DNA from: Schmidtea nova
Lineage: Eukaryota
Assembly: GCA_044892505.1 (NCBI GenBank)
Contig: CM097882.1
Coordinates: 440,262,001 to 440,326,000, forward strand
Direction of reading: 5' to 3'
Length of the DNA stretch: 64,000 nt
The position numbers and the translations under genes are program-made. Shown here one piece after another: positions 43,641 to 53,847 of the stretch. Numbering within the stretch: position 1 is the first letter of the stretch; each line of letters begins with the position of its first letter. Below the pieces are notes generated by a model. That model had not been told where the DNA came from. It saw only the letters and a program-made list of their open reading frames with translations, and did no database searches.

Positions 43641-43701
43641 ATATAAATCCAAATCTTCTTTTTCGACTGAGAAAATTTCATACGATAAGTCTTATGCTGA
43701 T
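43641..43701 (+). CDS. Exon (YKSKSSFSTEKISYDKSYAD)
   Basis: Open after splicing and ends at a GTGAGA donor (phase 0). If that donor is not used, the frame stops at 43,714-43,716. Confidence 0.6.
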
Positions 43702-44048
43702 GTGAGATATTTTTAATTTGTGCTTTGCAATTTTATATTTTAATATTGTAAATTTCTTTATTTTACATGTCGTGCAAATGTGCAAATGTGCAATTATGAT
43801 TGCTATCCTTTTGTCTGATTCGTTAGTTGACGGTGCTCATTTAATGTGAATCTGGCTGTAATAATAATATTAAACATATAATCCCACTCCGTCGTCCTGT
43901 AAATATTTAATTTTACCTAATTTTAGTTAATATCATACTATTAAAAATAAGTAGTATAATTATAATAATTATAATTTCTTCCCAAATTATTTAATGTCAT
44001 TGTGTTGTCCATCCGCCTTTTCCTAAATTTACTGCTGATAATTATCAG

Positions 44049-44811
44049 CAGTGGCTTAACTGTGGTTGGTGTCACCCAGTGCGGTAAACTCTTGGTGTCA
44101 CCCCTCTAGAATTTCACCATGGTCTTTTTCCAAGCTTTCCTGTACCATATATAATCGCATATAGTAATGTTTGTAAAATAAGTGAAAAAAGTTAATAAGG
44201 ACATAAAAAAGAAAACAAATTGAACAATATAACTTTAATACTTCAGCTAAAACATAAATAAAGAACTTCGACAAACTCGGACAAAGTTAAATTTGTGTTA
44301 TTTAACATTAAAATTTCTGTTATTTAAAAGTCTCCCTTCCTGGTCTTCAAAGCTGCAAACCTTTCAATCACATCATCAAAATCAATATCTTTCACCATAT
44401 CACTTTCAATTGGTAATATATCTAGATCAGAAAGTCTTGACTCTCCCATGCTTAATCGCAAATAGTTATTTATAAGTTTCAGTTTTGAAAAGCTCCTGTT
44501 ACATGAAGCCACAGACACGCAGATCGTAAGAAATTGTTGTAGGCTTAGTGAGAGTATTGGGAGAGATTCAAGGAAATCCCAGACAACTATTCTACTCTGA
44601 CTCTGAGGCTTCGAGCAGCTCTGAGTCTTATTCATTTAAGCAGCAGATGCTCTGCATGGTATCACCCTGTGACTGATCATGTATTTAACAATGAACGGTT
44701 ATGAAACCCGACTAGACAGAGCTATGTCTGCTTTTTCAAATTTGCAACTTTTTTATTTTGGTGTCACCCGGTGCGGCCCGCATCCCCCGCACCCCCCTAT
44801 TGACGCCCCTA
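44049..44811 (-). mobile_element. Internally deleted (non-autonomous) hAT DNA transposon
   Basis: ATTATCAG directly flanks both ends (44041-44048 and 44812-44819), the 8-bp TSD length typical of hAT. Imperfect TIRs: CAGTGGCTTAACTG versus the right-end reverse complement TAGGGGCGTCAATA. Three TTGGTGTCACCC subterminal motifs at 44066, 44092 and 44758. Contains a transposase C-terminal fragment. Confidence 0.85.
44324..44635 (-). pseudogene. hAT transposase C-terminal dimerisation-domain fragment
   Basis: VSVASCNRSFSKLKLINNYLRLSMGESRLSDLDILPIE matches the hAT dimerisation motif (S-x-A-S-x-E-R-S-F-S-K-L-K-L-I-K-x-Y-L-R-S-x-M...R-L-x-x-L). Confidence 0.85.
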
Positions 44812-46320
44812 ATTATCAGTATATAAAATTTGATATATTATAAAAAAATTTCAAATATCGTTGTGGATATGAAAACAATGAGTGTAAAATTTACTTGATT
44901 TGTTCATAACACGTGAAATTGAAAGAAACCTTTTTTTCATGTATTTAATACTAAATAGATTCAAAAAGTTACGACAGTGATTTGTCGAGCTTTCTTTATA
45001 ACTGATTGTTTTTCTTTGATTAATATTTTTTGGTTCTGGTATTAAAGATTTTAATATATGAATTCATCTATGTAAATTTTGCTTATTGAAAAATAAATTG
45101 TATTTATTGTATTTATCTTTTGTTTCTAATTGGTTTCTTGCTTTATTGCCAGACTTAGTAACTTTATATAGAACTTCATTATGAAAATGTGAATATAGTT
45201 GTGAAAAATTGTTTTTAGGAAAATACCGATAACTTTTCTTCATGCATCAAAAAGTTAATCCAAAGATAAAAAATATTTCTGATAACTTCTGTTTATTTTT
45301 ATATTAAAATTTTCTCAAAATATAGAAATTTCTTTCATTTTTCCAGAAATTACGCCATTTCTATATTCAATCTGCTACAAACAGAGAATCACGTGATTTT
45401 TGTGTGTAAGCTGGACAGGTTAAAATTGATACGGTTGAATTTAATTGCATTCGTCTATCTAACTGTCCAGTGCATTTAGTTGCATGTTACAAATATTTAA
45501 GGGTGTTCGCCTTGAATGTTCTACGCATTTCTCTGCTTATAGCAGATTCTTATTAGAAATAAAGTTTCTGATATTGTTATAAAATAAATATCCACTGACA
45601 CTACAAATTGTAACAGCTGATTTGTTTCATTTTTTAACTCTTTTTTTAATTCTTTTAACTTCCAATTTCTGTTTGTTTTCTTGTCAAACTTAGGATCGAT
45701 TTTTAACCCACTTCCCGATATCCAATCGATCTGAAAATTTGCGAGCAGACTCGTGGTGGCCCACAAATTATTCCATTGAAAAATTTTGAAGCAATGTGAT
45801 TTTTCAATTTACTGTTGCCAAGAAACTACCAAACAACGAAACAACAATAAAATTAACTGAGAACATGAGAAAAAGAAAGAGTTACATTAAAAACTTGTTT
45901 TTATGGGTTCCTTTTTTATAAATTTTTTAGTGCCTATTTGCTCTCATTCTACTATTATTCATTGTATGAATATTTAAAAGATTTTTATTTTTTAATATTT
46001 CTAAAGTGGTTTCTTTCGTATTAAAACTAAGTAATTTTACCAGTTTTTAATAAAAGTAATAATAATAAAAAATGATTGTTTCACGGTAGCAGCCTTAATT
46101 AAATATTAAATAATTAACAAATAACAATATAAGCTTTTGCTGCAAAGTTTTATTGGGTTAAAATTTTTGATTATCAATTAATCCTTGCCAATTTTGAAAA
46201 TTGATAAGGATTTTTTGATAGCCGAAATTTGCGATCAATAAAACTTTACAGCATAGGCTTACCTTGTTATTTATTTAATAAATAATCATAATAAATAAAT
46301 AATAATAAATGTGTTTGTAG

Positions 46321-46388
46321 AATAAACAGCCAGCCTCAATTTGGCGAAAATTCAAAGAAAGGCACATTAACCCAACTCAGACATTTAG
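46321..46388 (+). CDS. Penultimate exon (NKQPASIWRKFKERHINPTQTFR)
   Basis: 68 nt, open, enters in phase 0 and exits in phase 2, which is what the flanking exons require. Confidence 0.6.
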
Positions 46389-46435
46389 GTGATAAACGAT
46401 TTAATTACTTGCTTTAATTATAGTATTTATTTCAG
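46389..46435 (+). other. 47-nt GT-AG intron (phase 2)
   Basis: GTGATA...TTTCAG. Confidence 0.6.
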
Positions 46436-46586
46436 GTCTTTATCACAAAGAACAAATTTATCTCCGTCACAAAGCACTCAATCGTTATACAGAAGACCTA
46501 ATTTTGATATTCAAAAATCCAAAATATTATTAGAAGAAACTGCGAAAATCATAAGGAATTCTAGAGATAAATTAAATCAGAAATAA
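46436..46586 (+). CDS. Terminal coding exon (SLSQRTNLSPSQSTQSLYRRPNFDIQKSKILLEETAKIIRNSRDKLNQK-stop)
   Basis: 3' part of ORF 46389..46586 after a strong TTTCAG acceptor; ends in TAA. Confidence 0.65.
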
Positions 46587-46587
46587 A
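46582..46587 (+). promoter_or_regulatory. Possible polyadenylation signal AATAAA overlapping the stop codon
   Basis: Hexamer present, but it is common by chance in AT-rich DNA. Confidence 0.2.
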
Positions 46588-47692
46588 TGGTAAATTTATG
46601 TATTTTTTTCTTTTAATTTTCAGTTATAAAATAGCGCTAAATTCAAATGTAGTTGATGTTCTTTTAGTTCATATCTATTAGTTTTGTTGAAGATTTTTTT
46701 CTATTTTGATTGGTTGCTTTTCTCTCCAATAACAACATTTTCCAAAATATAAAGAAACGCTTATCCAATCATCATCAATAGCTCTAGTTTAAAAACTCGA
46801 AGTAGTGTTTAAAACAGCTGCTTTTAGCAGTTTACAATATTGAGCAATTCGAGAGCTCTAAGCACTAAACTAACGCTTAGTGACAGTAACATTGACCGCC
46901 TTTGTTTTCTTAGATTATACACATTTGTGATACAAAATTTTTTTTTATAAAAATATAAAAAGCTAGTTTGACTCTAAATTGCATTTTGAAAAATTATCCG
47001 CTCCATTTCTTCTACAGGTTACTTTATCATGAAATATTGACATGATTTATTACATTTCTTGAAGTAAGCTGATTTTATCTCATAATTCTGTGATAATCAA
47101 TAATGTCTATTATGAGGAAATCTTAATTTTAAGTAATTTGTAGTTTTTTTTCAAATTTTGTTTATTTATCGGGGTGTTCCGAGAATAATTTCATTTTTAT
47201 TGACTTTAATTCCAAAAGATTCAAAGTTAATGTCATGGATAGTTCTTTGTTAGATTGATGGTGAAAAACTTCTTCTCAGCAAGTGTAATTTGCTCCTCCA
47301 TCGGCCGTGCTGTTAGTGGATAAAATTAAAATCTATAATTTATTTGAATTTTCAATAATTTCGATAAATCTAAATTGCTTCCAATTCCAGGCTATATTTT
47401 TGTAACAAAAGTCAATAAATGAGAACCCTATATTATTAAATATTTATTATTAGTATTTCTCCTACATATAATTTAACTAATTTAGATATTAGATACATGA
47501 ACTCTAAGATAATGATATCTTTTTGGATATAAAAATTGTTATTAACATGAAACACCCGTCATGATGCTATCATCACTACCGCCGATCAATAGGTGGAATT
47601 ACTGATAAAACATTTTGCTAGAATTTCATTTCCAACAAATTAAATAAAACTGTAAATTGCATTTACTTTTATTTAGTTTTCCACTATCTAAA

Positions 47693-47787
47693 AATGTTTT
47701 CTGCTTAACACAAATTTTCGACACTGCCCTTGAAAAGGAGCATTTGAAAAAGGCACTCAAAAATATTTGTGTTAAACAGAAGACATT
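47693..47787. repeat. Inverted repeat with 23-bp arms (21/23 match) and a 49-nt spacer
   Basis: AATGTTTTCTGCTTAACACAAAT (47693-47715) versus the reverse complement of 47765-47787, AATGTCTTCTGTTTAACACAAAT. Confidence 0.8.
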
Positions 47788-48539
47788 GTTCGATTGTCGA
47801 AAAAGGTAATAAATGAAATCTTGAAAAAAACAGATCAGAGGTGAACTAAAAAATAAATGATTGTTGTTCAATTGTAATTGATATATTTTTATTAATTTCG
47901 TGTTCAGTTTCAGATTGTTATACTTTTGGTATCCACTACAGTCAAACTGTGATAATGCGATTTTATTGTGTATATCCACGAAATAACTTTTTCTATTTTA
48001 TAATTTGATTGTTTTATAATTTTTTGTAATAAAAAGTTAATTCTTCTTTTTTAAAATTAAAATTATTTTTACTAAAAAATCAAATTTATTAGTTATTTTG
48101 TTAAAAAAAATTCTTTCAGAGATATTTATTTACATAATAATTTGTTCAATAATAAAATTGTAAAACCATAATTTGTTAAAATTTATGTAAATTATTCATT
48201 TTTGAATTCGTCAAATCCAGTGACATTCCGTTTTTCTCTACCAATTTATTTCGAAAATTTTAATTTTTGAATACGTGACTAAATTCTGCATCTTATAATG
48301 GAAAGGAAACTCCATACAATCGGACAATGGTGTATCCATGATTTATGATCAGCAGGAGACTTATTTGTATCTTAGAAGGTTTATTTCGAGAGAATCATGA
48401 ATTGAGAATCATGAGATTAATTATAAAATTTAAAGCTTCATATTGTTTGATTATTAATGAATAGTCGGTTGGTATCTGACTCTTGTTTTCTTTCTTTCAC
48501 AACAATAAATTAGACCCAACACAATAAATTTTTATTTCT

Positions 48540-49879
48540 CCAATTCAATCACAGAAATAGCAATCAATCTGTTATTTGCGTTAGAGTAGAAGACCCATTA
48601 GGAGATATCCCTTTCTGGTACGCAGGAAAATTGATAAATCGATACTATATAACTTTCAATTACCGTTTCAACTTCCTTTTCGACTTTCAGATCCTCACTC
48701 AATTCTTTAAATTTTTCTTCGACCAACTGGCAATTTGCTGTTTTCCTTGCCACATTTATATTTTACAAATTGGTTATTTTTCCTGAATTGGTATCAAATT
48801 TGATTACGACTTTCCGTAATTGAATTTTTGTTAATTGGAATTTGTTCTAAATCGATCAATTTGATCAGTTTGATCCGTGCTTTTGGTAATTTGATTTTAT
48901 TTCGAGTTTCCCTTTGCTCGGGCTCTCCACTAGTCCGGATCTTCCATGCACTCGGGCTTCCCCTTGACTCGGGTTTTCTACATAACAAATAAATTATTCA
49001 TTAATTTTTAATTAATTTCTACATGATGAATATTTTTTTTTCTGGGGAGCCCCAATTGATATTTTATTATCATTTTCGTGCTCATGCTCATCTCCTCATT
49101 TTCCATCCGTACGTACCAATTTCTCCCGTTAATTCTTTATTTTTAATTAATTTTTTGTTCTTATTTATTAATTGTGAATTTAACGCTTTTCAATCTTTTT
49201 ATTGATTTTCCTTCAATCCCTTTCGCACTCTCATTTTACTTGCACTATTTTGGACTAACCTCAACAATATGCACCATTAAGAAAAAGCATATATAATAAA
49301 GCAAAACCGTTAGGCTTTTTTGGAGATTGAAAAAATTGAAAAACACTCCGGGGCCCGTTTAAATTGCGTCCCGCAATGTCATTAATTATACAACATAAAA
49401 TCTATTTCATCATTCTGTCATTCTTCTTTACATTGAAGGAAAATAAATTAGATTACACCAATAAATATCAAAATTATAAGCATGAAAGAATCACTCAAGG
49501 TGTTCGGTTTATACATATAATCACAATAATTGTTATTGTTTAATGCAACTGTTAGTTCATTTGTTGGATCCTTTGACTCGTTGTGGATTTGTTTTCATCT
49601 AATGTGTTTATTTCGTTGATGGTTTTCAATTTCATATTTGATTTGATTCTTGAGTTAGGGTGGTATTGATTTTGGGTGTCTCCTTTCTCGGATGTATCCA
49701 ATTGTAGATTGACTTGAATGATTTCGGGGTTTTCTTTTTTCTTAGTCGGACGAATTGTTGGATTGTTGATTGTTTTCTCTTTAATGTTTTTGCTTGGAAT
49801 GAAATTCAGGTGATTTGGGTGTAGATTAATAGTATGCTGAGGAGATGATTATGATGATGACGATGCTCCATCCTTTCAT
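48540..49879 (-). pseudogene. Possible env-like remnant, interrupted
   Basis: Lies downstream of the integrase remnant. Starts with a signal-peptide-like MKGWSIVIIIIISSAY and ends with the Cys-containing NCQLVEEKF...YQFSCVPERDIS*WVFYSNANNRLIAI. Confidence 0.3.
48789..48987 (-). mobile_element. Possible short LTR or solo LTR
   Basis: The minus strand reads TGTTATG...AATAAA...GATACCA (TG..CA ends) and is locally GC-richer with repeated CTCGGG. No TSD was found. Confidence 0.25.
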
Positions 49880-50099
49880 TTGGCTTCTTTGGATTTGATA
49901 GATCTTTTAATAGTCTCTTTGTTCTCCTTCGATAATCTTTAGGTATCTTGAATTTGTAGGGGTTGGGTTTTATCGCCTTCGTTTGGGATTGATCTCTCTT
50001 GGGTCTTTGTCATTGATTTGGTTGGTCTTCGTTTGATTTGTCATTGCTCATTGGTTTCTTATTTTGATTAGGTTGAATTCGGTGATATTACTATTAATT

Positions 50100-52700
50100 C
50101 TATATTAAGGATTGTTGGGATAACGAGTCGGTTCTCCTTGATTCTCTTTGATACATATACATTGATACATTGTCCGTTCATTTACCATTACCGTTTTATT
50201 TACATAAGCAATTTTCCATTATTTTATACAGATGTTCCTGAACCCAGTCTTACTCCCTGCATTCCTCTGTTAAAATTCACATTCTTGCTTTATTTTCTCA
50301 ATGTGGTTAATTATTGCTTTCGTTCTTTTGTTCTTTGACGCATTTCTGTCTATTTTGACCCCATTTCCTGGCTGAAGCTTCTTGTCGATTCTTTCTTCTT
50401 TTTGTCTTCTTTTCTCAATTTTGTTTCCGTCATGTTCATCAGGTTCTTGTAGGTTTCGTTAATTTTCTGGTCTCTTGATGTACTCTCTCTGTCTTTCTTT
50501 ATTTCTTTAAAGTTCTATAATATACATACCCCTGGAGGTAATAATATGGTTATGCATTTTATTTACACTATCTATATATATAGTCATATCCTGACCTCTA
50601 TACCACGACTGTTCTTTTTACTTCGTATTGACCAGCGTTTCTTAATTCCTTCCATTTCTTTTCGTATCAAATTTCGTTTGGCTTCATTTTCAATTAGCTC
50701 AATTGATCCGCCATTTCAAATACTTTCGTTTTGTCTGTCCTATTGGTTTTTTGCTTTGCTCTTATCGTGTCTGATGAGGTTTAATCTACCTTCGTATTCC
50801 GTTGTATTGATTAGTTTAATATAGTCTAATTTTAGGCTTTCTTTTCTGGAGCTCCTTCCTGGCCTGGTTTACTCATTTTCCTTTCTGATTTTCTTTGTGA
50901 CGTTGTTTTTTAATTTTTGTGGTCTGGGTTTACAGTGGACTAGCGTGATGATTTCTTGATTTTTTGCTTTTTGATTTTTGAAATACATATACATATATCT
51001 GTTTCATTACTGTCATTTAAATTTCTTTGATTTCTACAAATAGTAACACCATACTGATACGTATACATTGAATTTGCAATTTACAATTGATCCACTTTGT
51101 TTCTTTCTACACTTCACTCTTCACCACCTCATTGTTTGCGGCGAGAGCTTTTACGGTTTCAACATTTTTTGAAATTTCGACGTATTCTGATGCCGACTCT
51201 TGATAGTTTCAATTTTCTTTCTCTTCTAATCGAGTTATTACTAACATTAGTTGGTTTTGAGATCTGGTTATTATTTCTTTTTGTATAATAATTTCTTGTT
51301 GATAAATGAGAGCTAATAGCATCATATTAGTAAATTGTGTCTCTTGACTTTTATTTTCTTCCATCAAGATTTTTTGTATTCTACTGAGATTGTTTACTTG
51401 CTTTTCCAACATGTAGACTCTATCATTTTCCCATTTGTTTATGTTCCTCAACTGCTTTTGGTTTCCTTGATTTGCGTATTCTTTGTTGTTTTGATTAATT
51501 TTCGTCTAATTCTTTGCTATGGTACACTGGAATGCTAAATGTCCTCTTTGTCTGCATTGGTAACATATTCGTACATACTCGTGAGTCACTTTGTTTCGTT
51601 CCTTTTTGGGGTCATTTTGAACAATTCCATTTTCGAAATATCTTTTTACATGTTTGTTATTATTATTTATGAATTCGTATTGCTTCGTTTCTTTGGTTGT
51701 CTTTGGTTTGATTCCGTTAACGATTTTGTCTTTCTGATTTCGGTTTTCCTGTTCTTGCCTGAGATTCCAACAATTTCTTGCCATGTGTCCATTTTTCCCA
51801 CAGTTGTAACATCCTTGAATTCCACAAACTTTCTTTTCATGTACTTTTGTTCCACATTTGGTACATATTTAATCCTTGGAACAACTGCTTTCTAAGTTTC
51901 TCTGTCTTTGGTGACCTTTACACGATTCGTTCTTTATATATATATATACTCTTCTTTCGTTTCTTGTGGGTTTTTCTTTTCTTTCTTTTCAGTTTGGTTT
52001 CTTTCTTCTACGTTTCTGGCTTGTTCTTTTATCCCATTGCTTTCTTTCGTATCGTTTATTACTGACTGTTTGCTATCGTTATTTCCAGTGACAAGTTGAT
52101 CTATTGTTATCTTTCCCATTTCTTTGATTATTTCGCTTTCAATTATGGTTTTTCTATCCTGTTCTGTTTGATTCCTAGTTTCTAATTTTCTTAGCATATT
52201 GATTCTTGGTTTATTCTTTTCTTGTTGTTTCCATAATTCTTCTATCTTTTGTGCACTATTACTTCTATTCGCCATTTTCAACATATCTGCTTTTAGTAGT
52301 TCTTCCTTTCTCTTCCTGCAATGTTCCTCGTTGTCACAGGTCTGCAATCCTCCTAATTTACTCCATGTGAATTCTTCTTGACGGGCTTCTTTGATTGTTG
52401 GCTTTTGTAGTTCTGATTGGCAACTGGTTATCATGTTGATTCTCCCTATTTTTCTTGCTAGTTCATTTCCATTCTCTTTGAATTTCGCGGTTTCGTCCTT
52501 TTCACTTGTGAATGTTATCCTTTTGAGTACTTCTTCAAATTGCTCTTTTCGTTCTTGGAATCTTCCTTGTAATATAGGAGCTTTATCCCCATTTAGTTTG
52601 CTACCGCGTTCTTCTCCTATTCTTGCCTCATCTAATTGCAACTCTAGCCATTATCGACGTTGTTTCTCTTGTGGTGTTTCTTCTGTTAATATTGGTTCGA
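50100..52700 (-). pseudogene. Highly degenerate pol (protease-RT-RNase H-integrase remnants)
   Basis: By-eye matches in the expected order: KEELLKADMLKMANRSNS and MLRKLE (RT start, DYRKLN-like), ITIDQLVTG (TLDLxSG-like), ENGIVQNDPKK (GIxPDPxK-like), NKWENDRV (FxW), RLEEKEN*NYQESASE (RNase H ExNYxxxE-like), QSWYRGQDMTIYR*CK (integrase WPxMxxDxxxYxxxC-like). Catalytic residues are largely lost. Confidence 0.55.
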
Positions 52701-52849
52701 TGAATGTAAGTTTGTTGATTTTTGGTGGTTGCGTTATCCTTGTCCTCCTTTTGATCATCTCATTTAGCCTTAAGATTTCTTGAATTAGTCTTATTTCTCT
52801 GTCATTTGGGTTGTTGCTCAGACTATTGTTTTGATTATAGCTGTTTACT

Positions 52850-53847
52850 CCGTTTTCATTAGTCTGCTGGTTTCCTTGTAGATTATTTTTAGTCCAACAT
52901 TTTTGTGCTATAGGTCCTAATTCGCCACAAAAATAGCATCCCCGTAATTAACATATTTTCTCAGAATGTCTCCATATCTCGCACTTCTCGCAAAATTGAT
53001 TTTTATAACACTCACTACTCGAATGTCCGGATTTCCAACATGTTTGGCATTGTTTGGTGTTGTTCAGGGTGTTATTGTTTCTGGGGTTATTCTTGTTGTA
53101 GCCTGTATCGTCGTTATTTTCTTTCCTCGTTTGTCTGTTCCCAGTTCCTTGGTTTGATTTCGTTGGCTTGACTTGATTCTTTTCGTCTTCCAATTCGTTT
53201 GGTGTTACTGTTATGATTCTGATGTCGTTTACTCCTATGTGTAACTCATATCTATTTGCAATTTCTAGCGCATCGTCAATTGTTAGGCATCCTTTACATC
53301 CCACTTGATCTCGATTATCTGGCCTTCTCAACCCTCGCACAAATATTGCTGTCATCAATTCTTCGTTTATAGGATTTTCTCTGTTGAATGCTAGTTTGGA
53401 TAATTTCCTTAGTTCGCTTGCGCATACCGCATTTCATTCGTTCTTCCTTTGCCTTCTTGCTGAAAAATCATCGAATGCCTGGCTTAATACTTTGTTTATT
53501 CCGAATGTTTGTCGGAAAAATTCTTTTATTCCGTCCCAATTTTTAAATGGCTTGGTTCCTCCTTTGGCTTCTAAGTACAAATCTAACGCACTGTCTCTAA
53601 GGTATAGTGGGATTCAACCGATTATTGTTTCTGGATCCCATCTACATACCTTGACAAATACTCCAAATTCCTTTAAAAACGTTTCTAATCTACTAGCGTC
53701 TCTGTTGAATGGTTCGCCTTGAAATCTTTCTCGATATTCTTTTCTCTTTTGTGCTATTGACGTTGGTGGTGTATCTGACTCATTTCCGTTTCTTTCGATA
53801 TTCATTTTCCTGTTTCTTCTTTCCGTATTTGTTGCTTTATTCTCCAT
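52850..53847 (-). pseudogene. Ty3/Gypsy gag with three CCHC-type zinc knuckles and in-frame stops
   Basis: ORFs 53614..53847 and 52948..53358 share one frame. Capsid-like FKNWDGIKEFFRQTF; knuckles CQTCWKSGHSSSEC, CEKCEIWRHSEKIC and CYFCGELGPIAQKC (H to P). Confidence 0.85.

Larger units (their letters stand above)
43702..46320 (+). other. Putative 2,619-nt intron (phase 0) containing a hAT remnant
   Basis: GTGAGA donor and GTTTGTAG acceptor give a phase-compatible join. Extra small exons inside cannot be excluded. Confidence 0.55.

Noticed and set aside
47018-47990. Possible small spliced + strand gene (acceptors at 47,017, 47,676 and 47,913)
   Set aside because: The first candidate exon has stops in all frames, no start or homology is evident, and the open stretch overlaps the inverted repeat.
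51506-51560. CYQCRQRGHLAFQC as a second gag zinc knuckle
   Set aside because: It sits where the RT thumb (RSFLGLAxYY-like) is expected, between GIxxDPxK-like and FxW-like traces, so it is probably a chance look-alike. An HMM test would decide.
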